Shown in pieces: positions 22,765 through 30,524 of a stretch of 64,000 bases of DNA. The DNA lies in the NCBI GenBank assembly GCA_032654565.1, contig JAULAX010000017.1, positions 512,001 through 576,000 of the forward strand, written 5' to 3'. Source of the stretch: Anaeromyxobacteraceae bacterium (GTDB taxonomy: Bacteria > Myxococcota > Myxococcia > Myxococcales > Anaeromyxobacteraceae). Below the pieces are notes generated by a model. That model was given only the letters and a program-made list of their open reading frames with translations. It did not search any database and was not told where the DNA came from. How positions within the stretch are numbered: the first letter of the stretch is position 1; each line of letters starts with the position of its first letter. The position numbers were made by a program, and so were the translations under genes.

Positions 22765-23853
22765 ATGCCGTCCTCACTCCGCAACGCCACCCTCCTCGCC
22801 CTCGCCCTCGCCGCCGGCTGCGCCGGGGCCCCGGCCAAGAGGGTCGAGGTGCGGTGGCCGCCCGAGCCGGACGTGGCCCGCATCCGCTTCGTCAAGGCCA
22901 TCACCTCCGGGGCCGACGTGGAGACCTCCTCCTGGACCGCCTTCCAGCGGGCGCTGCTCGGCACCCAGCCGATCGGCTTCCGGCAGCCCACCGGCCTGGC
23001 GGTGTCGGCGGACGGGCAGCAGCTCTACCTGACCGACCAGACCACCGGGCAGGTGCTCCGCTTCGACTTCAAGCTCGGGACCGCCGAGCCCTTCGCCGGG
23101 GACATCGGCTTCGCCCAGCCCTTCGGCGTCGCCCTCGACGAGGCCGGCAACGTCCTGGTGAGCGAGCCGCCGGCCCGTCGGGTCCGGGTCTTCTCACCCA
23201 CCGGCCAGCTGCTGCGCGAGTTCGGCGGCGAGGCGGAGCGCCCCACGGGCCTGGCCGTCGACGCCAAGCGGCAGCTGGTCTACGTGGCCGACGGCTCCTT
23301 CCCCGGCTCGCAGAACCACCGGGTGCTGGTCTACAGCCTGGCGGGCAAGCTGCTGCGGACCATCGGGAGCCGCGGCACCGCCCCCGGGGAGTTCAACTTC
23401 CCCTCCTACCTGGCGCTCGACGGGGATGGGAACCTCTTCGTGGTGGACACGCTCAACTTCCGGGTCCAGGTCTTCGATCCGGAGGGGAAGGTGGTCCGGT
23501 TCTTCGGCCAGGCCGGCGACGGGGTCGGCAGCCTGGCCCGACCCAAGGGCGTGGCCGTCGACCGGCGCGGCATCACCTACGTGGTCGACTCCGACACCGC
23601 CCGGGTCCAGCTCTTCGACGCCCGCAGCCAGCTGCTCATGGCCTTCGGCGGCGCCGCCAGCCTGCTCGAGTACTTCGAGCGCCCCGCCCCCATCGCCATC
23701 GACCGGGCCGGCAGGTTCATCTACGTGGGCGACCAGGGGACCACCTTGCCCCGGATCAACGTCTACGAGTTCCTGGAGCAGGGCGATCCGGTTCCCGCCG
23801 AGCCCCGGCCTGCAGGGCCTCCTGCCGCTCCGGTCGGCCCCGCCAAGCAGTGA
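22765..23853 (+). CDS. NHL-repeat beta-propeller lipoprotein
   Basis: Lipobox LAAGC; repeats PTGLAV, GEFNFPSYLALD, VVDTLNFRVQVF, RPKGVAVD. Confidence 0.9.
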   Translation: MPSSLRNATLLALALAAGCAGAPAKRVEVRWPPEPDVARIRFVKAITSGADVETSSWTAFQRALLGTQPIGFRQPTGLAVSADGQQLYLTDQTTGQVLRFDFKLGTAEPFAGDIGFAQPFGVALDEAGNVLVSEPPARRVRVFSPTGQLLREFGGEAERPTGLAVDAKRQLVYVADGSFPGSQNHRVLVYSLAGKLLRTIGSRGTAPGEFNFPSYLALDGDGNLFVVDTLNFRVQVFDPEGKVVRFFGQAGDGVGSLARPKGVAVDRRGITYVVDSDTARVQLFDARSQLLMAFGGAASLLEYFERPAPIAIDRAGRFIYVGDQGTTLPRINVYEFLEQGDPVPAEPRPAGPPAAPVGPAKQ

Positions 23854-23866
23854 AGTCCACCTGGCG

Positions 23867-23902
23867 TGGGGCAGATGCCCCACGGCTGGGTGTTCGACCC
23901 CA
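23867..23902. promoter_or_regulatory. Tandem TGGG-N8-CCCA sites, candidate enhancer
   Basis: TGGGGCAGATGCCCCA (23867) and TGGGTGTTCGACCCCA (23887), 20 bp apart, upstream of a sigma-54 promoter. Confidence 0.55.
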
Positions 23903-23953
23903 ATCGGGCCTGAGGCAGCGGTCAAAAAGCCCAACGATCCCGAGCAGCAAGGC

Positions 23954-23969
23954 TGGCATCCGGGTTGCT
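23954..23969 (+). promoter_or_regulatory. Sigma-54 (-24/-12) promoter for the OmcE-like gene
   Basis: TGGCATCCGGGTTGCT, exact GG-N10-GC spacing. Confidence 0.8.
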
Positions 23970-24096
23970 TAGGCAAGGGACACCACAATCATCGCGGCCT
24001 GCACGGCGCTCACGCGGCAACGGTCCGGGCGGGAGTCACCTGCCTCTCGGCCCGGTCAACCGGGGGCTGACCCCGACCAACGGAGGAAGTACTTTC

Positions 24097-24819
24097 ATGC
24101 GCAACGCCCTCAAGGTTCTCTTCGTGGTGGCCCTCGCCATCCCCACCCTGGCCTCGGCCGTCATCCTCAACACCAAGCACGACCTGAGCGCGGGCAGCAC
24201 CGCCGCGGTCAAGTTCAACGTCACCGTCTCCAGCTGCGAGTTCTGCCACGTGGTCCACAACGCGGCCACGCAGACGGCGCTCTGGGCCCGGTCGGCCGGG
24301 ACCGGCACCGGCTACGCCGTCGGCACCACCACCGCCGGGACGACCCTGCCGACCACCGTCAACAGCGAGAACTCGAAGTGCATGGGCTGCCACGACGGCA
24401 CGGTGGCGCTGAACCAGGTCGTGACCGCCAAGTTCCCGTCTGGCACGATCCTCGCCGGCTCCTACACCGGGACGAACGGGCTGGTGAGCGCCACCAACAT
24501 GCTCACCTCCACCTCGACCGCCCAGTTCGGATCCCTGCAGGGGCAGCACCCGGTCGGCGTGCCGTATCCCGGTTCGACCGCCTACACGATCGTCTCCGCG
24601 GCCGTCACCTCTGGCTACAACACCCCGACCGCCACCGGTTGCACCAGCGGCGGCGCCTGCCTCTCCGGCGCCACCGAGGGGGCGAAGATCAAGCTGTTCG
24701 GCGCCGCTGGCACCTATTCCGTGGAGTGCGCCTCCTGCCACGAGCCGCACGACAACACCAACACCAAGTTCCTGCGGACCACCACCGCCAACCGCTGCGC
24801 CTCCTGCCACATCAAGTAA
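24097..24819 (+). CDS. OmcE-like secreted tetraheme cytochrome c, candidate filament (nanowire) subunit
   Basis: 240 aa; signal peptide; NTKHDLS, CEFCHVVHNA...LW, CMGCHDG, HPV, ECASCHEPHDNT..FLRTT...CASCHIK; 4 CxxCH plus 4 extra His; GGAGG RBS. Confidence 0.85.
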   Translation: MRNALKVLFVVALAIPTLASAVILNTKHDLSAGSTAAVKFNVTVSSCEFCHVVHNAATQTALWARSAGTGTGYAVGTTTAGTTLPTTVNSENSKCMGCHDGTVALNQVVTAKFPSGTILAGSYTGTNGLVSATNMLTSTSTAQFGSLQGQHPVGVPYPGSTAYTIVSAAVTSGYNTPTATGCTSGGACLSGATEGAKIKLFGAAGTYSVECASCHEPHDNTNTKFLRTTTANRCASCHIK

Positions 24820-24832
24820 CTGCTTGACCCGG

Positions 24833-24865
24833 GCCCGGGGCGCCACACGGCGTCCCGGGCTTTTT
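24833..24865 (+). terminator. Intrinsic terminator after the OmcE-like gene
   Basis: GCCCGGGGCGCC-ACAC-GGCGTCCCGGGC-TTTTT. Confidence 0.85.
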
Positions 24866-24937
24866 GCCACGCCCCCCCGCCACAATCCGCGAGATGTCGT
24901 CGCACCCCCTACCCCTTCCACCCGCCCAGGTCCCCCC

Positions 24938-25378
24938 GTGAAGAACGAGCCCCACGCCATCCGAGGTCCCGGGGGAGAGCTGCCCCTCCGTCGCGACGAC
25001 GAGGCCGGCTCGGATCTGCTCATGCTCATCGACGGCGAGACCAGCGGCCGGCCGCTCGACGACGTGCTCAACGAGTTCGGGCGCTCCCGCAGCACCTACT
25101 ACGAGAAGCTCCGCCGGTTCCGCGAGGAGGGGGTCGAAGGGCTCCTCTCCCGCCCGCCCGGCCCGCGGACGGCCTGGCGCCGCCCGCTCGAGGTCGTCCG
25201 GTTCATCGTCCGGGCCCGGCTCCGCGACCCCGACCGCAGCGCCGCGCTGATCGCCGGCGACCTGCTGCGCCAGGGGCACGCCGTGAGCGTCCGTTCGGTG
25301 GAGCGCACCCTCTCGCAGTTCGGCCTGACGCGCGCCAGCGTCGGGGACGGCGAGGCCAGTGGCGAGCAGCGGAGCTAG
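24938..25378 (+). CDS. Small helix-turn-helix protein
   Basis: FGRSRSTYYEKLRRFREEGVEGLLSRPPGPR...VSVRSVERTL; no DDE domain; start uncertain. Confidence 0.65.
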   Translation: MKNEPHAIRGPGGELPLRRDDEAGSDLLMLIDGETSGRPLDDVLNEFGRSRSTYYEKLRRFREEGVEGLLSRPPGPRTAWRRPLEVVRFIVRARLRDPDRSAALIAGDLLRQGHAVSVRSVERTLSQFGLTRASVGDGEASGEQRS

Positions 25379-25382
25379 GCCG

Positions 25383-27770
25383 ATGCGTCGCGCCGCCGGC
25401 CCGCGCCACCTGCTCCTCCTGCTGGTGGCGTGGCCCACGCTGGCCACGGCCGGCAACTTCCCCACCCGCCAGGGCCAGTCCGGTCTGCTCGACGTCCCCG
25501 ACGCCGAGGTCATTCCGAGGCGGACGGCGCTGCTCGGCCTCGAGCTCGGGTACGACCACGCCACCGGGACCCCCGACCACGCCGGCCCCCTGCCGCTCTC
25601 CCTGGGCGTCGGACTCGGCCGGCTGGAGTGGGCGCTCTCGGCCCGGCAGTCGGGCTTCCCGGGCGATCCCCGCCCCGCCCCCATGCTCTTCGGCACCGCC
25701 CTGAAGCTGGGGCTCCTCGAGGCCACCGGCCTCCGCCCCGGCGTCGCCGTCGACGGCTACCTCGACCGCTTCAACCGGGAAGGGGCCGGCGGCGGCCGCC
25801 TGCTCCTCTCCACCAGCCCTGCCGGGCGGCTCCGGCTGGCCGGCTTCGCCGGCTACGAACGGCAGGTCCACGGCTCGTCCGGCCTGACCGCCGGCCTGGC
25901 CGCCTCGGCCCGCCACTCGAGCGGCGCCGACCTGGTCCTCGAGGCGCTCACCACCCCCCGCGGGAAGCTCTTCGCCGCGGCCGTCCGCTACGACGTCGAC
26001 CACCGCCTCGGTGTCGGCCTGGTGGCCAGCTTCCTTCCGGACGACAAGGAGTACCGGATCGCGCTGGCCTTCGGCTTCCGCGCCGCGCCCGTCCGCCGCG
26101 CCGCGCCCGCCGCGCCGGCGATGGTCCTGCCGGTGGCGCCGCCGGCGCCGGAGCCCGAGCCGGCCCTGGCCATCGAGGACCGGCCGCGCTTCCGGCTCAA
26201 GGTCCGCTCCACCGATCCCGCCCGGCTCGGCCAGCCGCGCCACACCCAGTACGCCCCCTACACGCCGCCGCCGCTGGCCGGCGGCCTGGCCGCGCCGCCG
26301 CGCCTCTCCGCCCCCAGCGCCGAGGACGTCCTGGCCGCCCAGCTCCGCGACCAGGAGCTGCAGCTCGAGGCCCGGCTGAAGCGGCTCCGCGCCACCGAGG
26401 AGGGGCTCGACGGCGAGGAGGGGAACCTGGACGCCGACGGCCGGCGGCTCGACGACCGGGAGCGGGCCCTGACCGCCCGGGAGGCCCAGCTCGACTCCCG
26501 CGAGCGCCGCCTCGCCGCCCGTGACACCCCCACCGAGCCGCAGCGCCAGCTCGAGTCGCAGGAGGCCCAGCTGGGCGCCAGCCAGCGGCAGCTGGCCGCC
26601 CAGGAGCGCAGCTTCAACCCGACCCGCGAGGCGGCCCTGGGCACCGAGCGTGACGCCCGGAACCGCGAGCAGGGGGAGCGGGCCGTGGCCGACCGGCTGC
26701 AGGCCCAGGCCGACGCCGAGAAGACCCGGACCCGGCAGGGGGAGCTGCGCCGCCAGTCGCTGGCCGCCCGGGAGCGCATGACCGCCGCCCTGGAGACCCG
26801 CCTCAAGGCCCGCGGCGAGCGGGTCGACGCCGCCGGCCGCCAGCAGCGCGCCCGCACCGAGCGGGTCGACACCTGGCAGCGCCGCCTCGACGTCCGGGCC
26901 CTGCGGCTCGACCTGCTCGAGCAGCGGGCCGCCTCGCCGCAGCCCGGCGCCGGGCTCGGCGGACCCGCCCTCCCGCTCCCGGGCGGCCTGGCCAGCAAGG
27001 CCGTCTTCGTCATGGTGGTCATGACGCCCACCGCCATCGTCAAGGCGGCCGGAGACCGGACCGGACCGGCCGACCGCCAGCGCCAGCCGCCCACCACCGG
27101 CGGCGCGGCCGACCGGGCGGTGGCCGCGGCCACGGTGATCACCTTCGCCACCCCGGCGGCCACGCTCTCCGAGCTGGACCGCGAGACGCTCGAGGGGATC
27201 GCCCGGCTGGCCTCGAAGGAGGGCTGCGAGGTGCTGGTCTGGGCCCGGGCCAAGGATCCCGGCCAGATGGCCGAGGCCACCCGCCGCGCCGACCAGCTCA
27301 AGGCGCTGGTGGTCCGCTTCGGCGAGCTGCCGACCCGGCAGGTGGTCACGCGCATCACCACTCGCCCCGGGGCCCTGGGCGTGGACGTGGTGGTCTCGGC
27401 GCTGCGCGCCGGAGGCAAGCCCCGCGCCGACGCCGCCGTGGAGGCCGCCCCGGCCGGGCAGCTGGCCGACGGCGAGACCGCCAGGCGGCAGCTCCGCGAC
27501 GCGGTGGTGGCGGTCCAGCCGGCCATCGAGCGGTGCGTCACCGAGCAGATGACCCGCCGCGGCCTGTCCCGCGCCGACGGCGTGCTCAAGCTGACCGTCA
27601 GCCCGGCCGGGCGGGTCACCGGCGCCGCGGTGGGGAGCGGCGAGCTCGGCGGCGGCGACCTGGAGGCCTGCCTCAAGGTCAGCGCCGGCTCCTGGCAGTT
27701 CCCGTCGTCCGAGGGCGAGTACCTGGTGGACGTGCCCATCACCGTGGTCGGCGCCGGAGCCAAGCCATGA
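25383..27770 (+). CDS. Exported multidomain protein: beta-barrel-like N-terminus, long coiled coil, OmpA-like domain, TonB-C/AgmX-PglI-like C-terminus
   Basis: Signal peptide; GQSGLLDVPDA then amphipathic strands; about 200-aa E/R/Q/L heptad-rich segment; ITF...TLSELDRETLEGIA; IERC...LKLTVSPAGRV...LEACL...WQFP...VPI. Confidence 0.65.
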   Translation: MRRAAGPRHLLLLLVAWPTLATAGNFPTRQGQSGLLDVPDAEVIPRRTALLGLELGYDHATGTPDHAGPLPLSLGVGLGRLEWALSARQSGFPGDPRPAPMLFGTALKLGLLEATGLRPGVAVDGYLDRFNREGAGGGRLLLSTSPAGRLRLAGFAGYERQVHGSSGLTAGLAASARHSSGADLVLEALTTPRGKLFAAAVRYDVDHRLGVGLVASFLPDDKEYRIALAFGFRAAPVRRAAPAAPAMVLPVAPPAPEPEPALAIEDRPRFRLKVRSTDPARLGQPRHTQYAPYTPPPLAGGLAAPPRLSAPSAEDVLAAQLRDQELQLEARLKRLRATEEGLDGEEGNLDADGRRLDDRERALTAREAQLDSRERRLAARDTPTEPQRQLESQEAQLGASQRQLAAQERSFNPTREAALGTERDARNREQGERAVADRLQAQADAEKTRTRQGELRRQSLAARERMTAALETRLKARGERVDAAGRQQRARTERVDTWQRRLDVRALRLDLLEQRAASPQPGAGLGGPALPLPGGLASKAVFVMVVMTPTAIVKAAGDRTGPADRQRQPPTTGGAADRAVAAATVITFATPAATLSELDRETLEGIARLASKEGCEVLVWARAKDPGQMAEATRRADQLKALVVRFGELPTRQVVTRITTRPGALGVDVVVSALRAGGKPRADAAVEAAPAGQLADGETARRQLRDAVVAVQPAIERCVTEQMTRRGLSRADGVLKLTVSPAGRVTGAAVGSGELGGGDLEACLKVSAGSWQFPSSEGEYLVDVPITVVGAGAKP

Positions 27771-29506
27771 GGAACTGCTCCCCACGGCGGCTGCTCCCGG
27801 CGACGCTGCTGGCGCTGCTGCTGGCCGCCCCCGCCGCCCGCGCCGAGGTCACGTACGGCGGCAACCTGGGCCTGACACTGACCCAGCAGGACACCTGGGG
27901 CGCGGGTGCCTCCTCGTCGAGCCGGATCGTCTGGTTCACCGGCGGGCTCCGGCTCGACGCCAGCCTCTTCTCGCCCGGCACGCTGACGCTGGGGGCCTGG
28001 GGCGACTACAAGGGGTACCGGGCCAGCGGCGGCAGCGCCTCCGACGGCCTCAACTACGGCCTCCGGCTCGGCGCCCTCGGCCGGACCCCGCTCCGCCTGG
28101 GCGCCGAGGCCTCACGCAGCACCACCGAGTTCACCAGCGACTCGAGCAACCTGCGGACCGGCAGCACGCGGGTGGACAGCGCCTCGGCCTCCGCGGCCCT
28201 GGTCCAGCCCGACCTCCCCTTCCTCTCGGCCACCGTGCGGAACAGCGCCATCGTCAACCGCTCGCTCGGCAATGCCCCGGTCCGGTCCGACTCCACCACC
28301 CTGGCCCTGGAGGCCGCCCAGAGCGTCGACTCGGCCAACTACCGCCTGACCTACGACACCGGCTGGGCCTCGGGCGACTACGCCGAGTCCAACTACCGGA
28401 ACCACCTGGTCACCTTCCAGTCCATGATGAACGTGTCCGCCGAGGTCACCGCCAAGGTGGACGCCACCTACTTCCTGCGGAGCCCGACGCTGGCCAGCGC
28501 CCTCAACCCCCGCATCGACACCCAGACCGTCACCTCCTGGTTCCGCTGGTACGGGGGCGCCGCCTCGTCCGGCGGCGGCGGCTACACCTACTCCAGCGCC
28601 CTCTTCGAGGTCCCCGGCGAGCCGGTGCGGGAGTCCATCGCCCATGCGGTGAACGCCTACGGCTCCCGCCAGCTCAACGACGAGCTGGGGCTCGACCTGA
28701 CCGCCGGGGCCACCTCCGCCCAGACGCGCGCCAGCGGGGTGACCGTCCAGTCCACCGGGGAGCAGGTCAGCAGCGGGCTGCGGTGGGCACGCCAGGGGCT
28801 CCTCTACCGGACCAGCGCCTCCCTGGCCGCCGGGGTCGGCGGCTTCCAGGCCCAGGGCGGCGAGAGCTCAGTGGCCTGGAACGTCGCCGCCGGCGCCGGC
28901 GCCTCCCGCCCCGTCTCCACCTGGCAGCTGGCCACCTCGCTCAACGCCTCCTACGACTCCAACACCGGCGCCAACGCAGGGAGCCGGGCCCGCGTCCTCG
29001 GCACCGTCACCGCCTCCGGCGAGCCGCTCGGCTGGAGCGTCACCAACCTCCTCAACCTGGGGTGGGCCCACACCGACTCACCGTACTTCGGCGCCAGGCG
29101 GGTGATCGATGCCCGGCTGGTCTCGCAAGCCTTCCGGGGTGGCTACGTCTTCCAGTTCAACGCCGGCCTCACCGACGACCTCTCCGAGGTCCTGGTCCCC
29201 GGAGCCGCCCCGGTCACCTCCCTGGTCCCGGTCGACTTCAACACCCAGTCCCGGTACGCCATCCTCTCGGCCACCGTCCCCACCATCCGCCGGCTCTCCC
29301 TCTCCGTCGTCGGCCGCCACGTCTCCTTCACAGCGCCGGGGCGGGGAACCCAGTGGGAGTCCGGCGTGACCGTCTCCGTCGGCTACGTCGTCGGCGCCTT
29401 CAGCATCTCCCTCTACGACCAGGTGACCACCGGCGGCAGCTCCTCGGGGGCGGCGGGGACGCAGAACCTCCTCTTCCTCTCGATCACCCGGTCCTTCGGG
29501 CGCTGA
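27767..29506 (+). CDS. Outer-membrane beta-barrel protein
   Basis: Signal peptide (AARA/E); S/T/G/Y-rich alternating strands throughout; ends LFLSITRSFGR (beta-signal-like); ATGA overlap. Confidence 0.75.
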   Translation: MRNCSPRRLLPATLLALLLAAPAARAEVTYGGNLGLTLTQQDTWGAGASSSSRIVWFTGGLRLDASLFSPGTLTLGAWGDYKGYRASGGSASDGLNYGLRLGALGRTPLRLGAEASRSTTEFTSDSSNLRTGSTRVDSASASAALVQPDLPFLSATVRNSAIVNRSLGNAPVRSDSTTLALEAAQSVDSANYRLTYDTGWASGDYAESNYRNHLVTFQSMMNVSAEVTAKVDATYFLRSPTLASALNPRIDTQTVTSWFRWYGGAASSGGGGYTYSSALFEVPGEPVRESIAHAVNAYGSRQLNDELGLDLTAGATSAQTRASGVTVQSTGEQVSSGLRWARQGLLYRTSASLAAGVGGFQAQGGESSVAWNVAAGAGASRPVSTWQLATSLNASYDSNTGANAGSRARVLGTVTASGEPLGWSVTNLLNLGWAHTDSPYFGARRVIDARLVSQAFRGGYVFQFNAGLTDDLSEVLVPGAAPVTSLVPVDFNTQSRYAILSATVPTIRRLSLSVVGRHVSFTAPGRGTQWESGVTVSVGYVVGAFSISLYDQVTTGGSSSGAAGTQNLLFLSITRSFGR

Positions 29507-29510
29507 GCTC

Positions 29511-30524
29511 ATGGGCGCCCCGCTCCACGCCGTCCTCCTCCTCGCGGTGACCGCCGCGGCGTGCAGCCACGCTCCCTCCGCCCCCACCTCGCGTGGCGCA
29601 CCCCCGGCCTGGCCCCGCCCGCCGGCCGCGCCCCGGGTCACCTGGGAGCGCGCCCTCCCCGATCCCGAACGGCCCGACCAGCGCTCCGGCTTCCGCAAGG
29701 TGGTCGACGCCATCCTCGGCCTCGAGCCGGGGGCCGGCGAGCCGGTGCTGGTCCGCCCGTTCGGCCTCGCCACCCTCCCCGGTCAGCTGCTCGTCGCCGA
29801 CCCCGACGGCCCGGCGCTGGTCCGCGTCGACCTGGCCAGCGCCGCCTTCACGCCGCTCGCCTGCGCCGACGGCGGCTGGGGCGCCCCCATGGCGGTGGCG
29901 GTCGGGCCGCAGGGCGCCCTCTTCGTGGCCGACGCCGGACTCGGCCAGCTGGTCAGGCTGGGGGCCGACGGCCGCTGCCAGCGCTGGGGGATCGGCAGGC
30001 TGGAGCGCCCCTCGGCGCTGGCGGTGCTGGGCGACCGGCTCTACGTGGCCGACCCGCCGCGCCACACCGTCGAGATCTTCGGCTTCGACGGCGCGCGCCT
30101 GGGCGGCTTCGGCGGCCGCGGCGACGGCGACGAGGGCTTCAACTTCCCCACCGGCCTGGCGGCGGCGCCCGACGGCACGCTGCTGGTGGTCGACTCGCTC
30201 AACTTCAAGGTGAAGCGGTTCGGCCCGGACGGCGCGCTGCGGTCGAGCTTCGGGGCGCCGGGCGAGGGGCCCGGGCTGTTCGTCCGGCCCAAGGGCGTGG
30301 CCACCGACGCCGCCGGGCTGGTCTACGTGACCGACACCCAGCGCGGGGAGGTGCTGGTCTTCACCGCGGCCGGCGCCTTCCTCCACGCCGCCGGGGAGCT
30401 GGGCGAGGGGCCGGGGCAGCTCTCGCTCCCGGCCGGGATCGCGGTGGACGGCGCCACGCTCTTCGTCGCCGACGGGCAGCACCGCCGCGTCGAGTCGTAC
30501 CGCCTCACTGGAGACCGGCCATGA
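29511..30524 (+). CDS. NHL-repeat beta-propeller lipoprotein (second copy)
   Basis: Lipobox TAAAC; WPRPPAAPRV; FNFPTGLA, VVDSLNFKV, RPKGVATD; paralog of 22765..23853. Confidence 0.9.
   Translation: MGAPLHAVLLLAVTAAACSHAPSAPTSRGAPPAWPRPPAAPRVTWERALPDPERPDQRSGFRKVVDAILGLEPGAGEPVLVRPFGLATLPGQLLVADPDGPALVRVDLASAAFTPLACADGGWGAPMAVAVGPQGALFVADAGLGQLVRLGADGRCQRWGIGRLERPSALAVLGDRLYVADPPRHTVEIFGFDGARLGGFGGRGDGDEGFNFPTGLAAAPDGTLLVVDSLNFKVKRFGPDGALRSSFGAPGEGPGLFVRPKGVATDAAGLVYVTDTQRGEVLVFTAAGAFLHAAGELGEGPGQLSLPAGIAVDGATLFVADGQHRRVESYRLTGDRP

Noticed and set aside
23970..24096. Cyclic-dinucleotide (GEMM) riboswitch in the OmcE-like leader, as found before some Geobacter cytochrome genes
   Set aside because: I could not find the GGCAAAC...GAAA...GGACGCAAAG-type conserved core; an Infernal/Rfam scan would settle it.
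24938..25378. IS element or transposase
   Set aside because: Only an HTH is present; no catalytic domain, inverted repeats or target duplication seen.
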